Position numbers and translations under genes: made by a program | Assembly: GCA_044342325.1 (NCBI GenBank) | Contig: JBIIPZ010000022.1 | Coordinates: 1 to 50,103, forward strand | Source: Terrimicrobiaceae bacterium | GTDB taxonomy: Bacteria; Verrucomicrobiota; Verrucomicrobiia; Chthoniobacterales; Terrimicrobiaceae | Length of the DNA: 50,103 nt | Direction of reading: 5' to 3' | Part shown: piece after piece, positions 43,818-50,103 of the stretch | Layout of the letters: every line of letters begins with the position of its first letter | Numbering within the stretch: the stretch's first letter is position 1 | Notes under the pieces: generated by a model | What the model was told of the DNA's origin: nothing | What the model saw: only the letters and a program-made list of their open reading frames with translations | The model's database searches: none

Positions 43818-44677
43818 CAAACTGGCCTATCGGTCTTTCCACAGGGTGCTTTTACATGACCAATATACTCGACTGCCTGGAGACAATACGCGCGAGCGGC
43901 TTCAGCATGATCGAGGTGGTTTTTTCCCCAGCGCATCTCGATTACAAAAACCTCAGCGCCGTGCGAGAGGCAGCGAACAAGATCGATGCACTCGGCATGG
44001 AGGCCTACTCGTTCCATGCCCCCTTCGCGACTGACATCGACATTTCCTCACCTGATGCGGGATGCCGCGAATACGCGCTGGATGAGATTCTCAAAGCGGT
44101 CGAAGCAGCAGCCGTGCTAGGCGTGCACTATTTTGTCATCCATCCAGGACCTGAAAATGCCGATATTCCCTCGCGCGAGGAGCGCCTCGTGCGGATCGAA
44201 AATGTCGTCTCCGTCCTCAATCGCGTCGCCATGCGATGCAGCGAGGTCGGCATTCGCTGCGTGCTCGAAAACAAACTCCCTCACCTCCTCTTCGGAAACT
44301 CCAGCGATATCGTCTGGATCCTTGGCGCCCTGGAGACGAATCAAGTCGGCGCCTGCCTCGACACCGGCCACGCGTTTCTCTCCGGCGAACTTTACAACCT
44401 CGTTTACAAGCTCACGCCCTATCTGCGCATGCTCCATGTGCACGACAACCGCGGCCACTCGGATGAGCACTGCCCGCCCGGCGATGGTCGGATCGACTGG
44501 GGAGCCTTCCTGCGCGAACTAATCCAAATCCATTTCCACGGCGTCTTCATTCTGGAAATTGCCGGCGGCAAGGAACCCGAGCAAATCATGGCCAGCGCCC
44601 GCAGAGGCCGTTCCTTTTTGAGAGAACACGCCCGCCGCCTCACTCTTGAGATGTCGACGCCGGTTCCCCACCGCTGA
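43814..44677 (+). CDS. Xylose-isomerase-like / AP endonuclease 2 TIM-barrel metalloenzyme
   Basis: HAP, HPG, LEN, CLDTGH, HVHD, DEH, ILE motifs; ATGA overlap with the upstream gene. Confidence 0.88.
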   Translation: MTNWPIGLSTGCFYMTNILDCLETIRASGFSMIEVVFSPAHLDYKNLSAVREAANKIDALGMEAYSFHAPFATDIDISSPDAGCREYALDEILKAVEAAAVLGVHYFVIHPGPENADIPSREERLVRIENVVSVLNRVAMRCSEVGIRCVLENKLPHLLFGNSSDIVWILGALETNQVGACLDTGHAFLSGELYNLVYKLTPYLRMLHVHDNRGHSDEHCPPGDGRIDWGAFLRELIQIHFHGVFILEIAGGKEPEQIMASARRGRSFLREHARRLTLEMSTPVPHR

Positions 44678-44780
44678 TGTAACACCAACCGTTTGGGCCT
44701 CGCAAACGCGCCATGTCGAAATTGTAACACTTCATTCGTTGAGCCAAGGCAGTGCGGAAAAATAGGTTTCCGCTACGCCA

Positions 44781-45437
44781 ATGACTCTCTCGCTTCGCAA
44801 GTCTAAAAAACAACGCGCCTTCTCGCTGTTAGAACTTCTTGCCGTCACAGCCATCCTCGCACTGCTCGCAGGCCTGCTTTCTCCAGCCCTACAAGGCCTC
44901 ACCAGCCCGACCGGACGCAAGGGCGCTGTAACTATCGTCATGAACACGCTCGAGCAAGCCCGCGTCTCGGCCATCGAAACCGGCGGCGAAGTCGTAGTGG
45001 TCTTTTGGAAAAAAAATGGAACCGATGCATCACAACCCGATGAACAAGATGCCATGCTCATCCTCCGCAAAAATGATGTCGAAGCCTGGGAACCCATCAC
45101 CCGTTGGATCAAGCTCCCGCGCGGCGTTCTGTTCCATGGCGAGGATTCAGAGTCCAAAATTCTATATGACAATTCAGGCCTTGCTGCCGTGAGCGACTCA
45201 ACAATCGACTCCCTTCCTGGAAAACCTTCCAAACACAACCTCGGTGCCATTCATTTCTCCGCCACCGGTGCCGTGCAACTACCCAGCACCTCAAATGGGC
45301 TCCGCATCGCCCTTACAGAAGGCCAGCGCGGATCGGATCGATCTCTCATCGTCGACAAGCAAAAAGACGGTGGCCACGAGATCATCTCCCTCGCCCGCTA
45401 CACGGGACGCGCTACATTGGATGTCAGCATGTTGTAA
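44781..45437 (+). CDS. Pseudopilin, Verru_Chthon cassette protein D-like (FimT/GspH type)
   Basis: Basic leader, AFSLLELL type IV pilin N-terminus, LEQARVSAI helix. Confidence 0.8.
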   Translation: MTLSLRKSKKQRAFSLLELLAVTAILALLAGLLSPALQGLTSPTGRKGAVTIVMNTLEQARVSAIETGGEVVVVFWKKNGTDASQPDEQDAMLILRKNDVEAWEPITRWIKLPRGVLFHGEDSESKILYDNSGLAAVSDSTIDSLPGKPSKHNLGAIHFSATGAVQLPSTSNGLRIALTEGQRGSDRSLIVDKQKDGGHEIISLARYTGRATLDVSML

Positions 45438-45446
45438 GCTTCTGGC

Positions 45447-45965
45447 ATGACGCAGGCAAAAAGCCACTTCCGACCTGCCAACTCCCCTCTAGTCCACAAA
45501 CATCTTCCCGCATTTTCGCTGGTCGAAGTCGTGATCGCACTCGGCATCATATCTTTCGCCGTCATTGCCATCGTCGGCATGCTCCCCGTTGCCCTGAAAT
45601 CCTCCCAAAACAGCATGCGAGAGACGGATGCCACACTCATCGCCCAAAGGATTTTTTCAGAACTCAAGACAGGATCCGGCGGCAACAGATCCGTCACCAC
45701 GGACCCCAGTGGCACCTTGAACCAAACGATCAACCTCGCCGCGAATAGCACAAACTACCTCGCATTCACACAAGACGGCACAGTCCAAACGCATACAAAC
45801 ACACCCACCCCGAATCCCTCCTACGACTTCTACGCGCAGATCAGCGTCTTCACGAATACAGGCATCAGCAACCTCTCCCGCATCCAAATAGAAATCACCT
45901 ACCCCCCTTCCGCACCGCCCGCAGCAAGAACAACGAACTCTTTTGTAACGCTTTTAGGATTTTAG
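45447..45965 (+). CDS. Pseudopilin, Verru_Chthon cassette protein B-like
   Basis: AFSLVEVVIALGIISFAVIAIVGMLPVAL N-terminus. Confidence 0.82.
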   Translation: MTQAKSHFRPANSPLVHKHLPAFSLVEVVIALGIISFAVIAIVGMLPVALKSSQNSMRETDATLIAQRIFSELKTGSGGNRSVTTDPSGTLNQTINLAANSTNYLAFTQDGTVQTHTNTPTPNPSYDFYAQISVFTNTGISNLSRIQIEITYPPSAPPAARTTNSFVTLLGF

Positions 45966-46424
45966 ACAGAATTAACAAAACTAACAGAATTTATGAAAAC
46001 AGATTATGATCTGGCAGGTAGAATGATCGGCGCTGCTATGGAGGTCCATAGATGTTTAGGGCCGAGGTTTGTTGAATCTATGTATGAAAATGCACTGGCT
46101 ATCGAGTTGGAGGCCTCCGAAATTATAGCTGAAAGACAAAAGTCCATCAAGGTCAAGTATAAGGAGCAGTGTGTCGGTAATTTTTTTGCGGATTTAGTCG
46201 TAGATCAGACGCTTATTGTTGAACTGAAATCTATTCAATCCATCCTGCCCATTCATGAAGTCCAACTTGTAAACTACCTTGCAGCAACCGGCATTGACGA
46301 GGGCGTCCTATTGAATTTCGGATCGGAGAGCCTGCAATTCAAAAAGAAATTCCGAAAGCCAAAACAGTAACAAACCACAAGGGCGTTTATAAATTTTGAA
46401 ATTTCTGTTAATTCTGTCCAAAAA
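45960..46424. mobile_element. GxxExxY gene bracketed by ~33-bp imperfect inverted repeats (putative mobile unit)
   Basis: Left arm TTTTAGACAGAATTAACAAAACTAACAGAATTT (45960-45992); right arm reverse complement TTTTGGACAGAATTAACAGAAATTTCAAAATTT (~46391-46424), 27/33 identical. Confidence 0.55.
45993..46370 (+). CDS. GxxExxY family protein (PD-(D/E)XK nuclease fold)
   Basis: IGAAMEVHRCLGPRFVESMYENAL, ADLVV...IVELKS, QLVNYL, GVLLNFG; visibly more AT-rich than its neighbours. Confidence 0.93.
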   Translation: MKTDYDLAGRMIGAAMEVHRCLGPRFVESMYENALAIELEASEIIAERQKSIKVKYKEQCVGNFFADLVVDQTLIVELKSIQSILPIHEVQLVNYLAATGIDEGVLLNFGSESLQFKKKFRKPKQ

Positions 46425-47160
46425 ATCTTCTGCCTTTTCCTTATTGGAAGTCCTTGTCGCCATATCGGTTCTATCCATCATTCTCGTCATTCTTCTCAAC
46501 ATCGTCCAAAATGCCACAAGCCTCTGGCGCGGAGCTGAAAACAAGGTCGAGGCTTACCGCGAGGCGCGGGCGGCTTTGCAGGTGATGTCATCTGATTTGA
46601 AAAACATTCTGCCAACGACGAATACCGATTTTTTCCGAACGAATCTTACCAACACCCCGAATATCGGCTTCCTCGCCGCGCTGCCCATCAGTTCGCAAGA
46701 CACAACATCCAGCAAAAGCGATATTTGCGCCGTTGGTTACTTCGTCGCCTACGACAACAAAAGCCCCGTCGCCGGAAACAACGGACGCCAATCCTACAAT
46801 CTCTACCGCTACTTTGTCGAAAGCAACGAGACCTTCGCGAAACTCGCGAACAAGCCGCAAGACGTGCTCAACCTGAATACCAACAATTTCGAAATCCTCG
46901 CCCGTAATGTAATCGATTTCAATGCAAACTATTTTACAACAGATGGAACCAATCTTTCCACATGGACCCGCCACCCGGCGACAAACATGCCACACCTCGT
47001 AGAAATCAAGATCACATCGGTCAACAACGAAAGAACCATGCGCTTCGGAGCACGCAATGCGGATGCCGAATGGAAGGATTTCTCCTCAAATACAAACTCA
47101 CCCGACTACTTAAAAAACACCAAAACTTTCACCACAAGAATCAAGCTCAACACACCGTAA
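46396..47160 (+). CDS. Pseudopilin, Verru_Chthon cassette protein C-like (PilW/GspJ type)
   Basis: AFSLLEVLVAISVLSII, REARAAL...SDL, VGYFV, LYR, LARNV, PHLVEI. Confidence 0.82.
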   Translation: MKFLLILSKKSSAFSLLEVLVAISVLSIILVILLNIVQNATSLWRGAENKVEAYREARAALQVMSSDLKNILPTTNTDFFRTNLTNTPNIGFLAALPISSQDTTSSKSDICAVGYFVAYDNKSPVAGNNGRQSYNLYRYFVESNETFAKLANKPQDVLNLNTNNFEILARNVIDFNANYFTTDGTNLSTWTRHPATNMPHLVEIKITSVNNERTMRFGARNADAEWKDFSSNTNSPDYLKNTKTFTTRIKLNTP

Positions 47161-47163
47161 ACT

Positions 47164-47245
47164 TTTTAGACAAAATTAACAGAATATATCAAAAAACAGC
47201 CCAAATTCTAATAAATTCCCTAAATTTTGTGTATTCTGTCTAAAA
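47164..47245. repeat. Empty inverted-repeat pair of the same family as the GxxExxY arms (MITE/REP-like)
   Basis: TTTTAGACAAAATTAACAGAA at 47164 and, on the reverse strand, TTTTAGACAGAATACACAAAATTTAGGGAATTT at 47245-47213. Confidence 0.8.
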
Positions 47246-47249
47246 TCCC

Positions 47250-50103
47250 ATGATAATCCGCTGCCAACAAAAAGCTTCCGCGCTTGTCACCACGCTCTTC
47301 GTGGTGGTGGTCTTGAGCACGATCATCGTAGCCTTCCTCACCAGTATGAACCTCGAGCGCCGTATCGCCAAAAGCATACAATCCAAATACCAAGCTGAAT
47401 TGGCAGCGGAGGCGGGAATGCAGGATTTTCTGGCGCGCCTTGAAAACATAAAAACTGATGGACCTTACTCGGCGTTTTATGTTTTAGGTTCAAATAAAAA
47501 TCCTTATCTTTTTCTTGGAAAGCGCATTTTTTCTTCAAACGGCACCATAACCAAGCGGGTGCCTCTCTTTTCGACCGGGGTAACAAACTTCAATACGCTC
47601 ACAAATTTCGATGCAACTTTTTTATCATCCAGTTCGATCGCGATTCAAGACATAGACCGCTCTGGGACATTGGTTTCCCGCAATCTTTCAAACTCAAACG
47701 ACATCTGGTGCGACATTAACAAAACCAACGCCCGTTTTCCAAGCGGTCTTGTGGGACTTCGCAACACCTTCACAAACACAAATACAATTCCACTCCTTTC
47801 TGCGAATTGGATTTACATTAAAAATGCTGCAGGAAAAGTGGTGGGCCGGTATGCCTATTGGGCGGATGACGAATGCAGCAAACTCGATCTGCGCTATGCC
47901 GGTTCCGCCAACAACCTCACCGGCAACCACACACGCTCGAACGGATCGACATTCAACGAACTCGCCCTCACTCCGCTCACAAATACGCCAGCTTCCACAG
48001 CGAATCTAACCTCCAGCAACTTGGCAAATCTCCTTGCCTTCACAAACACCTCGATCCAAGCCTTGCCGCTCAGCCCGCAGCATGCACAATATACCATAGC
48101 GGCCGCCGGAAATTTAACCGAAGCACAATGGCAATCCATCAAACCATTTGTGACAATCTACTCACGCCACGACGAGCGCTCTCCCGATGGCAAACGCAGT
48201 GTCAACCTGAATGCGCTCGTCACCTCCACAACGGATGCGGCTCCAATCGCCAACCAAACCCTAACCATCCGCGATGCAATCACCAACAACCTGCCAAATT
48301 TTGGCGAGCGCTTTTACTCCGCGGCCAATGGAACCGCCACAATTCCAACAACAGCCCACCAAAAAGCGTATGCCACCCGCATCGCAGCCAATATCCGCGA
48401 TTTTGTGGATACAGATAATCAGGCAACGATTATTCGATCCGACGACACGGCTTATTCTGGGAACTCGCCGGATTTTATGCCGCACGACCCTACTATTCAG
48501 CAGGATGAAGACATACCGATCGCTTTCGGCAAGGAAATCGGTCTGACACTTTCCGAATACACCCGCGTCACCCGTGTGGTCAACCAACCAACTGGCGCAC
48601 ACCCGCCATCAAGCACGACACCGGTTTCCATTCAACTTCGCTTTGGTCATTATGTCGAACTCGCCAATATTTCTGGCAAGACTATTTCCACGAGCGACCT
48701 GGGAAATGATCCACACATCCTTTTGAGTGGAAGGGGAAACTGGATCAATGCCTTCGCGGGCGGTAGCCCGGATAAACTACGCCTTTCAGATTTGAAAATG
48801 CGCCTGCCCGCCAACCTCTCCATCCCACCCGGCGGCCATGTTTATATTACAACGGATGGCGGGCCATTTCCCTGCGATAGCCAGAACGATCTCCTGGGAT
48901 CAATCTCCACCAATCGCTACCAACTCACATTCGGCGCCAACCCCGGACAGTGGAATCTCATGAACACCAATGGAAATACGCCAATGGCAACCAGCACCGG
49001 ATACGAGGACTATTTCATCAGCACGCGGGCAATAAATAGCGGGGCAAGCAAAAGATACGCCGTTTACAACTCGGAATCGCTGTCCAGTCCAAGTTATCCC
49101 AACCAGCAGGAGCGACTCATTTTGGCGAACTCGAGCGGGATCATCGACTGCGCCTTTCGCATCTACAGCACTCTCCGTCAATATGTCATGCGAGACGAAC
49201 AGAACCCCTCGTGGTGTTCCACAGGTCTCAACGATGCAGAATCTGCAACTGAAAACAACGCTCCAAATTCCTCAACCTCCGATCCTCGATTCACCCGCGG
49301 CGACCTTCGCTCCAATTTCGAAATCATCTCGGTGGTGAAAAAATCCACCTCCCAGTCATGGAAAAACTCGGGTGATGGAACAGGTAACTCGCTCAATTCC
49401 GCACCCCAGATATCGCTCGGGAGCACAAATTACAATTACGCCTTAATGTCAGGCTATACTGGCAATGCATTGTGGCAAAAAGGCCTCTACGAGTTCACCA
49501 CTGACCCTGCTGGCAACCATTTTGTTAAAAACACCAATCTCACTTCGCTGGCCGAACTCGGCTATATCTACGATCCCATCCGTCACGACATAGAAGGTTA
49601 CAGATCAATGGGCGCGACACTCCGCATCGGACAGTCTGACTCCGCCACGAACAACCGGGCCACAAACAGCACGGCAAACTTCCAAAACTGGCTCGGAGGC
49701 CGAGGCAGCGACTCTGCGACGAATACCGCTTATTCAAAGAATGCGTTTCTACTGATGGATGTCTTCCGCACAGACACAAATACCTCCGGCAGAATCAACC
49801 CGAACAGCATCGTTCGTGATGGAGTCGGCATTGTCATGCGATCCGCACTCACCGGTTTTTCATACGAGGGGAATGCCACAAATGGTGCCTCCACGCTCTT
49901 GGGAAACTCCACGCTGAATCCGACAAATACAGTTGCCGCAATCCGCGACTTTGCCACAAATTCCACCAACGGCTTCATAGTGTCCGTTGGCGACCTTTCG
50001 AGGGTTCCGGCGTTTTGGTCGTCCAACAACAGCACAGCCAACATAGTGCCCGGAACAGTCATGAGCGCGGCCTCGGATGCCGGCAAGGAGGAGCTCCTAC
50101 GAC
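47250..50103 (+). CDS. Large PilX/GspK-like protein, Verru_Chthon cassette protein A-like (partial, runs off window end)
   Basis: Absent from the ORF track because no stop is reached; ATG 47250 gives MIIRCQQKASALVTTLFVVVVLSTIIVAFL, and the same frame gives GRYAYWADDECSKLD, IAANIRDFVDTD and finally DAGKEELLR. Confidence 0.85.
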   Translation, partial: MIIRCQQKASALVTTLFVVVVLSTIIVAFLTSMNLERRIAKSIQSKYQAELAAEAGMQDFLARLENIKTDGPYSAFYVLGSNKNPYLFLGKRIFSSNGTITKRVPLFSTGVTNFNTLTNFDATFLSSSSIAIQDIDRSGTLVSRNLSNSNDIWCDINKTNARFPSGLVGLRNTFTNTNTIPLLSANWIYIKNAAGKVVGRYAYWADDECSKLDLRYAGSANNLTGNHTRSNGSTFNELALTPLTNTPASTANLTSSNLANLLAFTNTSIQALPLSPQHAQYTIAAAGNLTEAQWQSIKPFVTIYSRHDERSPDGKRSVNLNALVTSTTDAAPIANQTLTIRDAITNNLPNFGERFYSAANGTATIPTTAHQKAYATRIAANIRDFVDTDNQATIIRSDDTAYSGNSPDFMPHDPTIQQDEDIPIAFGKEIGLTLSEYTRVTRVVNQPTGAHPPSSTTPVSIQLRFGHYVELANISGKTISTSDLGNDPHILLSGRGNWINAFAGGSPDKLRLSDLKMRLPANLSIPPGGHVYITTDGGPFPCDSQNDLLGSISTNRYQLTFGANPGQWNLMNTNGNTPMATSTGYEDYFISTRAINSGASKRYAVYNSESLSSPSYPNQQERLILANSSGIIDCAFRIYSTLRQYVMRDEQNPSWCSTGLNDAESATENNAPNSSTSDPRFTRGDLRSNFEIISVVKKSTSQSWKNSGDGTGNSLNSAPQISLGSTNYNYALMSGYTGNALWQKGLYEFTTDPAGNHFVKNTNLTSLAELGYIYDPIRHDIEGYRSMGATLRIGQSDSATNNRATNSTANFQNWLGGRGSDSATNTAYSKNAFLLMDVFRTDTNTSGRINPNSIVRDGVGIVMRSALTGFSYEGNATNGASTLLGNSTLNPTNTVAAIRDFATNSTNGFIVSVGDLSRVPAFWSSNNSTANIVPGTVMSAASDAGKEELLR

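Noticed and set aside
45960..47245. Repeat arms as a CRISPR array or a classical IS
   Set aside because: Arms are inverted and degenerate with no regular spacers or cas genes; no DDE/HUH transposase or target-site duplication seen

Overview
This is a GC-rich bacterial chromosomal segment, most likely from Verrucomicrobiota (Chthoniobacterales/Spartobacteria-like). That call is inferred from the Verru_Chthon-type pilin cassette, the PilD insertion and the general lack of Shine-Dalgarno sites. About 1-37.9 kb is mostly housekeeping: DEAD-box helicase, rho, a GT4/GH130 pair, rlmH, lipA, hemL, carA, lysS, amidase, murI, carB, bamA-skp-lpxD-prmC-murA, tRNA-Arg(ACG), peptidoglycan genes, an M20 peptidase, smc, sucAB and mscL. 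About 37.9-50.1 kb is accessory: a miniature SRAP/YedK-like protein, DUF1295 plus a CFA-type methyltransferase, prepilin peptidase, and Hsp20 followed by an AEP primase-polymerase-like gene coupled to a TIM barrel carrying the endonuclease IV metal-ligand set. It ends with a four-gene pseudopilin cassette running off the window end. The most striking unexplained structure is a family of ~33-bp, 9-bp-periodic inverted-repeat arms at the pilin gene junctions. One pair brackets an AT-rich GxxExxY PD-(D/E)XK nuclease gene and a second pair is empty (MITE-like), suggesting an undescribed GxxExxY/repeat mobile or cassette-shuffling system. All calls come from motif reading only; no database searches were run.
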